From positions 1-47,826 of the forward strand of contig JAUCBJ010004238.1 in the NCBI GenBank assembly GCA_032718475.1: 47,826 nt of DNA, given 5' to 3'. How positions within the stretch are numbered: the stretch's first letter is position 1; the number at the start of each line of letters is the position of its first letter. The notes under the pieces are model-generated. The model saw only the letters and a list, made by a program, of their open reading frames with translations, was not told where the DNA came from and did not search any database. Shown here one piece after another: positions 33,840 through 47,100 of this stretch. Origin of the DNA: Nemertoderma westbladi. Lineage: Eukaryota > Animalia > Xenacoelomorpha. The position numbers and the translations under genes are program-made.

Positions 33840-35560
33840 GTTGGTCATTGCGACAGGTGATGATGTCAAAGAACTCCGTGGGTTTGGCCAATTGTGTAGC
33901 GGGTTATCTTCTGGTATTGAAGCAGCTATCCATATCAGAACTGACTTCTGGGACTATCACCAGTGTGAGGGATGTGGCGTACTTCTGGTAGATGCTAAGA
34001 ATGCATTCAATACAACTATAAATAGAGTCACCACTTTATGGCATATTAGGGTCTACTGGCCAAGATGTGCCCGGTTAATATTCAAGTCCTACAAGGGGTG
34101 CTCCCTTCTTAGTATTCAATGGGTACTGGGGACCTTCCTATCTTCTTTGTAAAGAAGGCTGGACACGCTTTAGTTCAATGAGTACAAAGGTCAATGGGTA
34201 CAACGTGTCAAAGGGTACAACGATACAAGGGTACAAACCAAGCGGTTAAAGGGTGCAAAACAGGACGTCAAAGGGTACAAACAAAACGAGTCAAAGTTTA
34301 CAACATCAAAGGGTACAACGAGGCAAAGGGTATAAACCAGGCGGATATTTAGTTCGTTTATTATTTTGGTTAGGGTTAGTTGGTCAGGCCTCAACCATAA
34401 TTAAAACTGTCATGTAACTCTAAGTCATAATCTAAGAAATTCCGCTAAATTTCTTAGATTTTGACTTGGGGTTACATGACAGTTTTAATTAGGGTAGTCG
34501 AATATAGGGAGAAGACTTTTTGCATTGTCAGTCCGCGAGGGATGCATGCGGGTTCCGCACCCGTGCACAACACCCCTTGCAGCATATACATTACAACTTC
34601 ACATGCGGCCACCATGACTGCATGGTAGGCAATTAAGAATCGTACAGAGTTCGATACAAACCATCATGGGCGCAGTGATTCTGAGGCAAGGAGAACTCAT
34701 AAGTCTGTTGGCTGAGAGCAACTGGCATAAGTCTTATCTTCAAGGGATCCTAAATGAGCTCCCCATTCATCGCCAGCGGGCACTAGAATCGCCTAGTTAG
34801 AGGCATCTAATTCTAAAGCTAGCTGGTTAACTACCACCCCCCCCCCCCCCCCCATCCCTCAGTTTGACCTTTCCCCCAACGAATTCCGAGATGGGTTATC
34901 ACTACGCTACGGGCACCCACTACTGGTTGGGGCACCTACAAACTGTGATGGGTGCGGGTAACTATTTACTGTGTCACATGCTCTAGACTACAAGCCTGGC
35001 TCTGGCAGCTTAGTGAATTTACGTCACAACGAACTTCGTGATGCGCAGGGAGAACTCTTCAGCTAGGCTTACTCGGATGCAGCTGTCGGACGTGAGCCAG
35101 TAATCCGCGATGCTGATGAGATGCAGAATATCGGGGGATTATGCGGTCATCTATTGGTGAGGGGCGTGTTTGATATTAGGGCCATCGACTCTGACACCTC
35201 CTCCATCCATTATCTTGAGTGCAGAGAAGGAGAATAAGAGGAAGTTTTCAGATGCCAGCACACAAAGTCAAGCGGACCTCTTACCTCTTGTGATCTTTGT
35301 TGACGAAGTGGTTGGTGCAGAATATGCCTCTGTCCTTCACCGCCTTGCTCATGTTATCAGCTGTAAGTTGGAAAAACGCCCTCTCATGTTATGTATGGAT
35401 TAGATGATGAGAGATGGGTCAGAACCCGCGTCTCATAGGCAACACAAAGAAGATCTACTTGTGCGTGTTTTAGGTAATGGAGGACACGCTGGCGCTCAGC
35501 GGGAGTGGTAGATGGTGCCTCACTTCCCATACTGTAGCTGCTATCTCTTATAAAAAAAAA
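33840..35560 (+). mobile_element. Degraded RLE-type (CRE-like) non-LTR retrotransposon with internal insertions
   Basis: QLCSG..SGIEAAIH / LLVDAKNAFN RT motifs; DLSPNEFRDGLSLRYG, CDGCG...HALD, RHNELRD, EPVI and endonuclease-like remnants with stops and frameshifts; A-rich end. Confidence 0.7.
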
Positions 35561-35856
35561 CAGTTATATCATTACCCTTATCGCAGTGTAATTTCTCTTT
35601 TAAATTAATTTCTGATTATTTTACTTAGTAGAATCAACTGTTTATGTGGTGGATGTTCTATATATGTATTAATTAGATGTTTATATGTTATATTATTTCC
35701 AAAAAATGAAATATGTAATTGTATGTTTTGGCGTTACTAAAAATAGATCTTATTACTCATTGGTTGTCTTCAAATCCGTTACTGGGACTACTGAAGTATG
35801 TTATAAGTTTATAGTTATAAGTATCTATTTAATAAGTAGTTAACGTAAACTGGGTT

Positions 35857-35920
35857 GCTCTTGGGGATCGAACTCACGAGATTCCGTTTGGAAGATAGAA
35901 AATCTAACCACCTGTATAAC
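35857..35920 (-). other. Degenerate tRNA-like / SINE-head remnant
   Basis: Minus strand GGTGGTTAG...CTTCCAA...GAGTTCGATCCC; stems poor. Confidence 0.35.
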
Positions 35921-36489
35921 CTGAAATCTGATATGTATGTATAATATACATACAATGGTTTCGTATTATCAATAATATATATTATATATTATTGATAATA
36001 CGAAACCATTTAATACAATGTCTCTAATTTTACTAGTGTTATAAAAGTTTCAAAGCAAAATATTTTTTTGGCGGTTTCTGAATATTCAGCAACATTTTTG
36101 ATTATGTTTTTTGGGGTTCATTATCGCGATGTAGGCCTACTCACCGCCAATTTTTAGAACTGCCCTTACTAATTAACCCGTCTTTATATCTCCTGATGTC
36201 CCCGCCAGTTCCTCGCAGAACTTGGATAAAGTATAGGCCTATTATTGGCACCTCGACTGTCCTCTGTGGGTGTGTTACTCTCCATAGTAATTGCGTGATA
36301 TTGGCGCTGAACTAATATGTTTACCAGAAAGGCATTATTGGCTCATTTCAGACACTAGGGACAGTTCATGTTAGTCAACCTTATTAAATATATTAATTAT
36401 AATCGTAAATATGCGTGTAATAATAGCTAAACTAAGTAACTACTAAAGTAGGGTTTAACCAAACTGAAAGTAAACATCTTAACACAACA

Positions 36490-39400
36490 ATGAATATATT
36501 AATAATTTGTTTGTTTGTTAAATTGTTATCAAGTCAAAGTTTGGGACAGATTCTTGGTCAGGAAGTCCCAATTAATATTGGTCTACTGACAAGAGATCCT
36601 ATAAGACTTGGGCTTGTGGAGAAACTTATTCAAGTTGCTGTGTACCCAACCAATGTTACTATATATACAAGTGGTAAACTCTTAACCGGGAACGCGTTCC
36701 AGACCATTCACGAGGCATGTTCCATGTATCACAATCGCACAGTTGGCATGGTTACAAGATTTAATGACTGTGTCAGACCGGAAGTGGTCACCAGTTACGC
36801 AAAGCTGTCGCAGTTTCCCGTACTCAACACAGGAATGCTTAGCAACTGCCCGAAAACTATAAAGAACAATTATTTTCGTTCAATTTCTTTGGTATTCAAA
36901 CATTTGGACAATGCGGTCAGAACAATTATACAGAAAGAAAAATGGACGGAGATGTTTCTACTGTACGACCACACAATATCTAGATTGCGAATAGAAGATG
37001 TTATACTGCGTTTAAAGGATAAAGTTCCTGGTATTGGAATATTTGAAATTCAACTGACAATGGGAAATGGAAATGATGATGGTGAGGATGTATCCAATTT
37101 TCGACATACACTCAAGGATTTAAACTTGAGACGCGTGTTCAAGAAACAACATAATTATGTTCTGATGGCGAGTGAATCTGTAACTCGGGATGTTTTAATT
37201 TACGCCGACAAAGAGAAACTCATCTGCCGTCCTCCACGACATTGGATTGTCGTTTCACAAAACTTCAATGTACTCAAGTTCTCTCTAGCTCGGGATTCCA
37301 TTGGTTTGTGTTCCAATCTAGTGTTGATACGTGGTATTGTTAAAAATCGACATGAGGACATAATGTGTAGAAATCCTAGTTCGACAAATATTAATACCGG
37401 TGACGCCGACGCTGTTATATCCGCCATAGACGAAGGTCTGATAACATCGAATAATTATAGCCTATCAGTCCTCACATCACCTGAGTTAGAAGTATTCGAT
37501 TCCATCAACATGATAGTTCAGGCAACTTCGAAAGCGAGCATCTCCGACACTGATTGGAATATAGAAGATGTTGATTGTCTGGAAGGTGTTACCAAAGGTC
37601 GTACTAATGTTGTAGGCAGGAAACTCTTGCACGCCTTATCTGAATCGAATATACAGAGTGTCTTTGGGAAAAGGTGTGATCGTAGTGAATGCGCTCAGTT
37701 CCAGGATGATTTAGTGTTCCTGGATCCCGAAGTACTGGTAACCAAGCAACGGGTCAACGGCGATGTTTGCTGGGACAAAATACTTTTCGATGAGATTCGC
37801 ATGGGGGATGTTAAGGTTTTTCAACACCAGAAGCGCGTTGTGCGAGTCGTCACTGCTGTGGAGTCCCCGTTCATAGAGATTGACGATAAAAAAAATACCG
37901 ATGATAATACTGATAAAGGTTACATTAAAGGCTATAAGGGCCTCTGCATCGACCTATTGAACGCTATGAAGAAAGATATCGGATTAGCGAACCCTGAAGA
38001 GGCTTTCGACTTTGAAATAGTCCACGAAACTGGCGGAGTTTATGGAAGCAAATTACAGAATAAAAGTTGGACTGGTCTAATTAAATGGGTAGCTGAGGAC
38101 ATGGCGGATATGGCTGTCGCTGGTATGGTTCGGAATAAAGATAGGGAGGAGGCGGTTTCATTCACGGTATCTTTTATGCAATACGGAGTCGGAATGATCA
38201 CCAAGAAACCCAAAGAAACTCTCAATGTATTCGCCTTCATTGAGCCCCTCGACATTCCGATTTGGGTGGCTATTCTTATAAGCATGATCTTTGTCTCCCT
38301 GACTATTTATATTTTATCTCGGATTTCGCCGTTCAGTCGCTACAATATGGACGACAACGAGGAAGGGTTCGATATGTTTGCCTTGTCAAACAGTTTATGG
38401 TTCGTGGTGTCTACGTTTATGATGCAAGGTTGCGACTACACTCCCAACAACTTGTCTGGTCGGATTATCGGAGGTTTCTGGTGGTTCTTCGCTCTTATTA
38501 TGACCATCACATACACGGCGAATTTAGCGGCTTATTTGACCGCCCCACAGACAATCATGACTATTAAATCTCTCGAGGAATTAAGCAAACAGACTAAGAT
38601 TCCGTATGGGACCGTGAAAGGGAGCAGCTTGGAGACCTTCTTCGAGGATCGTGCGAAAGAAGGTCACCCTATCTATAAACCCATGTGGGAGTACATGTCC
38701 TTAGCCAATCCTGATCCTTTAGTTTCAAAGTCTGAGAAAGGTTACGAACGAGTGAGCAATGGAAGTTATGTGTTTCTATGGGACTTCCCAGTACATCAAT
38801 ACCAGGTAATTACATGTATGACTTAAATTTCAGCTTACTAACAGTGAAATAAAAATTATATAGTAGGCCTGTAATTATTTATTACATAGTAAACTAAACA
38901 AATGGCTCTTTATATATTATTGGATATATATATTATTTTTTTTAATTTATATAATTTTCCAGAGGGAGTGACCGAGTTTAACTGTACTACTGTACATCAA
39001 AAGGTTAGAAGGGAAATTGTAATATTTGTTTTTCATGCAATAAAATAAATAGTTAAAATACACTAGTACTCCTAAGTCATCAGCAAAGTCTAGATCAGTT
39101 AGGTACTTGGCAGGATTTCCTCGACTTCTACTGTGCCATTCTACAGTATAATTACTATAATTTAAACGTTTTATTTTTAGTATTGGGCCTAATTATTAAT
39201 ATTATTTTTTAGATTTTTATTATTTTAATAGACACTTCTTTATATCTTTTACCCTACCGCGCAGGTAAAGTTGGATTGTCAGCTGTTTATTATCGGACAG
39301 CCGTTCAACCTAAAGGAGTACGCATTCGCCGTACAGAAGAACTCTCCGTACCAGGCGGAGTTAACCGCCAGTCTGTTACGACTCACAGAGAGCGGGGAGT

Positions 39401-39663
39401 TATCGAAGATTCGAGAACGATGGTTCGAACAGAAGTCCGTGTGCGGAGACGACTCTTCCGGATCGCCGGGACTCGCGCTAAAGAACGTGGCCGGGGTCTT
39501 CTACATCCTAATAATTGGCAGCGCTCTGGGGTTGTTTACCGCGGTGTGTGAGATGATGTGGTCGCGGTACATGGTCACTGTGAAGGAGACAAGGCGTTCT
39601 GTCGCGCCATCTAGTAGCCATCCCGTGCATACTGAGAGTAGTTGGGGGGAGCGGGTTACATAA
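36490..39663 (+). CDS. Ionotropic glutamate receptor family subunit (non-NMDA, delta/AKDF-like), 904 aa; exons 36490-38805 and 39265-39663
   Basis: Signal peptide, ATD, GLCIDLL, ADMAVA...DREEAVSFT, M1-M3 with FMMQG pore loop and TYTANLAAYL, YGTVKGSS, FLWD, YAFAVQKNSPY, M4 NVAGVFYIL; phase-0 GT-AG intron. Confidence 0.93.
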
Positions 39664-41753
39664 CGCAACTTGTATTGTATACAGTATAATAGCTCGCGGT
39701 AAATAAAACCAATTTAAGGTCAGTAAAATTATAGTGACGCCTTCTTTGGTACATGCTGAGACATTCATAAAGACCATAATTTATACTATTAATGTCGAAT
39801 ATGCCTTTGTTAAGATTATAAGGTATTTTGATTAAAATTATGAATAACATTAATATCATAATTCGTTAAAAGAAATAAGCAAATAATTTTTAGGCACCCA
39901 AATTCATTTATTAACAAGTGCCGTTAAACCAGTATTTTCAGTAAAAGTGGATGTGTAAATAATTCTTAGTGTGGCAGTTTGATTTTATAATCGGTGTAAT
40001 TGCAAATAATAATTAAAGACAAATATCGACGATACCGGTTTCCTAGAATACATTAGCGCATGACCTAAGAAGGTCATGATTGTTGTAATATACTGTACGT
40101 CGTACATACTACCCTGGACAAAGCTCACCCAATGAGCGCGGAATGTACTGGTAAAGTACTTTCACTTTCGACTGTCAGATGTCAGCTACAATACTGCTGT
40201 ACGTCAGTCAGCATACCACACTCTTCAGTCTGGACTCGGTACTGTTTGTTGCCTGACCCCACAATACTGCTTGTACCACAACAATTTTTAGACTGTTTTA
40301 AATCACATGACTGCTCGTTGCTCTCTAGTTACCATCATGTAAACTAATTAATTTCATTATTGCATTAAAATTTATCCTTAGACTGTTTAAGTCCCATAAC
40401 TAATCATATCATCCTTCATTCATTGTGCTTTTTTTTTTGATAACTTGTTTCTAAGTCATCGTTTCGTTTATTTTTTGTTTATGTTTTTTATTTATCTTTG
40501 TTTGTATTTTCTTTAACATTTTATATAGGTGTGCTCTATGAGTTCTCCTTGGTTTTTTATCAATTGCTATAAACCGTAAAATTAATACAAGATACTCTGT
40601 GCTCCTATTCGAAGGCATAGTTAATGCTATTCAATAGGGAGAGCCCAGCTACCAAAAAAGTACTTTCTTTGCCAAGTTTCAGTTACTCACTCACTATCTC
40701 CCAGACAGTAAGCAAACATAAGCTGTTGGTTTGTAATGTATTACCTTCCTCAGCTGATAGCTCTAACCAGTGCCTATGGGAAGATCTACAAGAAGTGTAG
40801 TGATCTACACTCTCTCTGCTATGTTAGGAAGCGGGCCAGCTGATTGAATTTGAAGCACTGGACATGTTAATGGTATATGGAATCTCACTTTAATCCGAGT
40901 CCAAGCACTATACGAATGATTGTTATGTTAGTAAGATGGGATGGGGTGTGCAGTGCGTACAATATTTGATAATAAACTTTTAATAGTCACATTATATTGA
41001 GGGTGCCGCGAAAAGTCAAGGAATTTTGATAGTTTCTGCTAGTTAGACTGATCAATCTACGGAAATGAGCCTAAAGCAGCATGTGTGCGTGTACAAATAA
41101 TATACAAAAATATAAACTTTTTTTATAAGAACGGTGCTAATTACGACATAATTTTGAAGGCAAAGTGAGTCTTATAATTTTGGGAATGAAATAATACATG
41201 TATAACTAAAGTGAAAATGAGAGAGGGCGTCAAATACTAACACAATGAACTCATTGGTGGTGGCGTTAGTAAGAAAATGAAAGTAATTGACAGGGTGAGG
41301 ATGATAAATATGTCGCTTACTAGCACGAATAACTCGAGGAGAAATCGATTACAGGTGGATAAAGTGAGTGAGGTAAAGTAAATTGAGTGAGTAAAGTGAG
41401 TGTTAGATTAAAAGAGAAAGTGTTTGAGCGTTGTTTGACATTCCCCTGTTTGACCTTCACCTGGCATTCCAAAATCTAAGATCCGCCAATTCTTGAGTAG
41501 GCCTACATCTACAAAGATGACACATGTTACTATAGCACCAATTATAATTAAAAAATGTTTAACGCATAATGCATATGATAAAATTTAAGGAATAATTACA
41601 GTATGTATTAATTCAAAAAGTATTTGATGGATATGTATTTAATATATTACATATTTACTGTATATAAAAAAATATGTGTAAAACGAAAAGGTTTAATAAC
41701 ACTATAATATTTACTGTGTGAATGTTTTATGACGATTATATTGTTAGGGCTAT

Positions 41754-42028
41754 TTAGTAGCAACCACATTGAGATGCTTGCATATCGTCGAATACCTTGA
41801 GAACAACGTTGTTATAATCATCGTAGTAGAGGACATGCAGACTATGGAGTATGTCGGGTACACAACAGGGTCTACCGATGTTTGTAGTGCTGGAATATCT
41901 CCCGTGCTTCAGTTTGATTCGGAACTCCCTGGTACTGAGTATCGCCTGTACTGTGGCGTGATTGGTCGCGTTGTATTGACCCCCTAGCGGAAACGGGCAC
42001 TCCCCTTGACAGATGTTCGCTTGATAAC
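41754..42028 (-). CDS. Terminal coding exon of a BMP/TGF-beta family ligand
   Basis: GYQANICQGECPFPL...NATNHATVQ...PCCVP...LYYD...VVLK..DM.A..CGC; acceptor TTTCATCTTTAG at 42040-42029 (phase 1). Confidence 0.9.
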
Positions 42029-42384
42029 CTAAAGATGAAACACACAAACTTGTTATGAGAGGCGCATTATCATTGCCATTATCACCGACGACATTAGGCC
42101 TGGCCTATAACATGTGTTTATTGTCATCATTTAAATTATTTCCTGATTTTCACCTAACAAACTAAAAACACTACACAATGTTTGGCGTCATGATTGCTGT
42201 GTAATAGACCAAGAAGGGACAATGGGTCTACAACTACAATGTGGGCAGTATGCAGAGTTGTATTGAAGATGAAGAATATAAAAACAGCTATATTAAAATG
42301 ATACTGTAGGTCCGGCTAATAATTTAATAACCGTATTACTTTGCAAGAGAAAAATAACTCGAAGTAAAATGTTGAACATATTGA

Positions 42385-42651
42385 ACTTACCATTGGGTGC
42401 GACTTACCATTGGGTGCGACTTACCATTGGGTGCGACTTACCATTGGGTTGCGACTTACCATTGGGTGCGACTTACCATTGGGTACGACTTACCATTGGG
42501 TGCGACTTACCATTGGGTGCGACTTACCATTGGGTGCGACTTACCATTGGGTTGCGACTTACCATTGGGTGCGACTTACCATTGGGTGCGACTTACCATT
42601 GGGTGCGACTTACCATTGGGTGCGACTTACCATTGGGTGCGACTTACCATT
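42385..42651 (-). repeat. 17-bp minisatellite, ~15-16 copies
   Basis: Minus-strand unit TCGCACCCAATGGTAAG; two units carry an extra base. Confidence 0.95.
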
Positions 42652-43150
42652 AATACCCTAATGGAACCAAAGCACAACTGGATTACATCCTTATAAACAA
42701 AAAGTGGAGAAACAGCTGATCAACTGCGAGGCATACAGCTCGTTCAACATTTGATGGACAAGACATCAGTTCAAGACAACAGTTATATGTTGCTACAGTC
42801 CAGCCAATGCCTCAGAGCCAGAACAAGCAGTCAAGTTTTATGAAGAACTGACTGGACTTATTAAGGACATTCCGAAACACAATGTTAAAGTCATTGCTGG
42901 TGACCTGAATGCGCAAATTGGCCCAGAAGACATCAAGGGATACACCTATAACACCAGTTCTAACAGAAATGGGTACTTACTTTTAGACCTAATGGAAGAA
43001 TGTGAATTGATACCAACAAACAACACATTCGAAAAGAGTAAGGGGAAGCTATGGACCTTTCAATACCCCAATGGAACCAAAGCACAACTGGATTACATCC
43101 TTATAAACAAAAAGTGGAGAAACAGCATGATCAACTGCGAGGCATACAAG
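42652..43150 (+). mobile_element. RTE-like LINE endonuclease fragment with ~85-bp terminal duplication
   Basis: CYSPANAS...KSSFYEEL...IPKHNVKVIAGDLNAQIG...NRNG...NNTFEK..GKLWTF.YPNGTKAQLDYILINKKWRNS; YPNGTKAQLDYIL segment present at both 42652 and 43062. Confidence 0.85.
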
Positions 43151-43975
43151 TAGTAATGGTTTGCCCATTTCGGCGACAGTTGGACCCACTTCGCACCTTG
43201 GGTGTTAAGTAGGTCATTAATTAATTAAACAATTAATTAATTGGTCGATTAAACAATTAATTAATTGTTTAATCAATCGATTTGTATCAAATAATGTTGC
43301 CAAAGGCAATTTAATTTGACACAAATCAATCAGATAGGGACGCGAGATGAATAAATTGTACTACAGCAAATGAAATATACAATACAATAGGCACTGTGCA
43401 ATACAATATACAGTACATTTGTATTATTTTTGCCGTACAATAGAATGATAGAATGAAATATAAAGATGCGAGCGGGGCCCAAAACATAAATTACCCTTTC
43501 AAGAAAATAAAATGGACCAGTTTGGTCCTAGCTCAATCCCTCAATAATCTGCGGCCGTTTGGGCTCTTATTAGACGTAGCATGACTAACCCCACCATTGA
43601 ATCCTATGTTGAGTTAAACCATTGTCAATTCGCCTAAGAAAATTATAATAAACATCTGGTCTTGCAATAGATTATTCTTCTTTCACAACTCCATTCTAGC
43701 CTCCCTCTATAATAGCCCCCATTCACCGCATTCCCATTATTTATTCAAGAAATTATATGTTTTTTATAATATATTTTGGAAAATTAGCCGACTAAGTCAT
43801 AATTTTTAAAACTTTAAATAAGGGTGGAGTTATTTTATAAAGTTAAGAAGAGTGAATCAATGGAGGCAACATGAAGTCTAATCTCTTGCCCTTTACTCAT
43901 AAGACCGCACATTAACTCCCAAGGTTGCATACTATCACTATAGCTGGGAGAGTCAAAGCTAGTGTACAGAATGAG

Positions 43976-44154
43976 GAGTGAGGGAGTGAGGGAAGTGAGG
44001 GAGTGAGGGAAGTGAGGGAAGTGAGGGAAGTGAGGGAAGTGAGGCAGTGAGGCAGTGAGGGAAGTGAGGGAAGTGAGGGAAGTGAGGGAAGTGAGGGAAG
44101 TGAGGGAAGTGAGGGAAGTGAGGGAAGTGAGGGAAGTGAGGGAGTGAGGGAAGT
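43976..44154 (+). repeat. 9-bp satellite (GTGAGGGAA)n, G-rich orientation
   Basis: About 20 units with 8-bp variants. Confidence 0.95.
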
Positions 44155-44176
44155 GCAAATCGAATTATAAATGATG

Positions 44177-47100
44177 CCTCACTTCCCTCACTTCCCTCAC
44201 TTCCCTCACTTCCCTCACTTCCCTCACTTCCCTCACTTCCCTCACTTCCCTCACTTCCCTCACTTCCCTCACTTCCCTCACTTCCCTCACTTCCCTCACT
44301 TCCCTCACTTCCCTCACTTCCCTCACTTCCCTCACTTCCCTCACTTCCCTCACTTCCCTCACTTCCCTCACTTCCCTCACTTCCCTCACTTCCCTCACTT
44401 CCCTCACTTCCCTCACTTCCCTCACTTCCCTCACTTCCCTCACTTCCCTCACTTCCCTCACTTCCCTCACTTCCCTCACTTCCCTCACTTCCCTCACTTC
44501 CCTCACTTCCCTCACTTCCCTCACTTCCCTCACTTCCCTCACTTCCCTCACTTCCCTCACTTCCCTCACTTCCCTCACTTCCCTCACTTCCCTCACTTCC
44601 CTCACTTCCCTCACTTCCCTCACTTCCCTCACTTCCCTCACTTCCCTCACTTCCCTCACTTCCCTCACTTCCCTCACTTCCCTCACTTCCCTCACTCCCC
44701 TCACTTCCTCACTTCCCTCACTTCCCTCACTTCCCTCACTTCCCTCACTTCCCTCACTTCCCTCACTTCCCTCACTCCCTCACTTCCCTCACTTCCCTCA
44801 CTTCCCTCACTTCCCTCACTTCCCTCACTTCCCTCACTCCCCTCACTCCCCTCACTTCCCTCACTTCCCTCACTTCCCTCACTTCCCTCACTCCCTCACT
44901 CCCTCACTTCCCTCACTTCCCTCACTTCCCTCACTTCCCTCACTTCCCTCACTTCCCTCACTTCCCTCACTTCCCTCACTTCCCTCACTTCCCTCACTTC
45001 CCTCACTCCCTCACTTCCCTCACTTCCCTCACTTCCCTCACTTCCCTCACTTCCCTCACTTCCCTCACTTCCCTCACTCCCTCACTTCCCTCACTTCCCT
45101 CACTTCCCTCACTTCCCTCACTTCCCTCACTTCCCTCACTTCCCTCACTTCCCTCACTTCCCTCACTTCCCTCACTTCCCTCACTTCCCTCACTTCCCTC
45201 ACTTCCCTCACTTCCCTCACTTCCCTCACTTCCCTCACTTCCCTCACTTCCCTCACTTCCCTCACTTCCCTCACTTCCCTCACTTCCCTCACTTCCCTCA
45301 CTTCCCTCACTTCCCTCACTCCCTCACTTCCCTCACTTCCCTCACTTCCCTCACTTCCCTCACTTCCCTCACTTCCCTCACTTCCCTCACTTCCCTCACT
45401 TCCCTCACTTCCCTCACTTCCCTCACTTCCCTCACTTCCCTCACTTCCCTCACTTCCCTCACTTCCCTCACTTCCCTCACTCCCTCACTTCCCTCACTTC
45501 CCTCACTTCCCTCACTTCCCTCACTTCCCTCACTCCCCTCACTCCCCTCACTTCCCTCACTTCCCTCACTTCCCTCACTTCCCTCACTTCCCTCACTTCC
45601 CTCACTTCCCTCACTTCCCTCACTTCCCTCACTTCCCTCACTTCCCTCACTTCCCTCACTTCCCTCACTTCCCTCACTTCCCTCACTTCCCTCACTTCCC
45701 TCACTTCCCTCACTTCCCTCACTTCCCTCACTTCCCTCACTTCCCTCACTTCCCTCACTTCCCTCACTTCCCTCACTTCCCTCACTTCCCTCACTTCCCT
45801 CACTGCCTCACTGCCTCACTTCCCTCACTTCCCTCACTTCCCTCACTTCCCTCACTTCCCTCACTTCCCTCACTGCCTCACTGCCTCACTTCCCTCACTT
45901 CCCTCACTTCCCTCACTTCCCTCACTTCCCTCACTGCCTCACTGCCTCACTTCCCTCACTTCCCTCACTTCCCTCACTTCCCTCACTTCCCTCACTTCCC
46001 TCACTGCCTCACTGCCTCACTTCCCTCACTTCCCTCACTTCCCTCACTTCCCTCACTTCCCTCACTTCCCTCACTTCCCTCACTTCCCTCACTTCCCTCA
46101 CTTCCCTCACTTCCCTCACTTCCCTCACTTCCCTCACTTCCCTCACTTCCCTCACTTCCCTCACTTCCCTCACTTCCCTCACTTCCCTCACTTCCCTCAC
46201 TTCCCTCACTTCCCTCACTTCCCTCACTTCCCTCACTTCCCTCACTTCCCTCACTTCCCTCACTGCCTCACTGCCTCACTTCCCTCACTTCCCTCACTTC
46301 CCTCACTTCCCTCACTGCCTCACTGCCTCACTTCCCTCACTTCCCTCACTTCCCTCACTTCCCTCACTTCCCTCACTTCCCTCACTGCCTCACTGCCTCA
46401 CTTCCCTCACTTCCCTCACTTCCCTCACTTCCCTCACTTCCCTCACTTCCCTCACTCCCTCACTTCCCTCACTTCCCTCACTTCCCTCACTTCCCTCACT
46501 TCCCTCACTTCCCTCACTTCCCTCACTTCCCTCACTTCCCTCACTTCCCTCACTTCCCTCACTTCCCTCACTTCCCTCACTTCCCTCACTTCCCTCACTT
46601 CCCTCACTTCCCTCACTTCCCTCACTTCCCTCACTTCCCTCACTTCCCTCACTTCCCTCACTTCCCTCACTTCCCTCACTTCCCTCACTTCCCTCACTTC
46701 CCTCACTTCCCTCACTTCCCTCACTTCCCTCACTTCCCTCACTTCCCTCACTTCCCTCACTGCCTCACTGCCTCACTTCCCTCACTTCCCTCACTTCCCT
46801 CACTTCCCTCACTTCCCTCACTGCCCTCACTGCCTCACTTCCCTCACTTCCCTCACTTCCCTCACTTCCCTCACTTCCCTCACTTCCCTCACTGCCTCAC
46901 TGCCTCACTTCCCTCACTTCCCTCACTTCCCTCACTTCCCTCACTTCCCTCACTTCCCTCACTTCCCTCACTTCCCTCACTCCCTCACTTCCCTCACTTC
47001 CCTCACTCCCCTCACTTCCCTCACTTCCCTCACTTCCCTCACTTCCCTCACTTCCCTCACTTCCCTCACTTCCCTCACTTCCCTCACTTCCCTCACTTCC

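Noticed and set aside
42369-42696. Three overlapping repeat ORFs
   Set aside because: By-products of the 17-bp repeat
44165-46760. Poly-(VRE) ORFs and the LTS/FPH-repeat ORF at 43835-44158
   Set aside because: Translation artefacts of the 9-bp satellite with non-ATG starts
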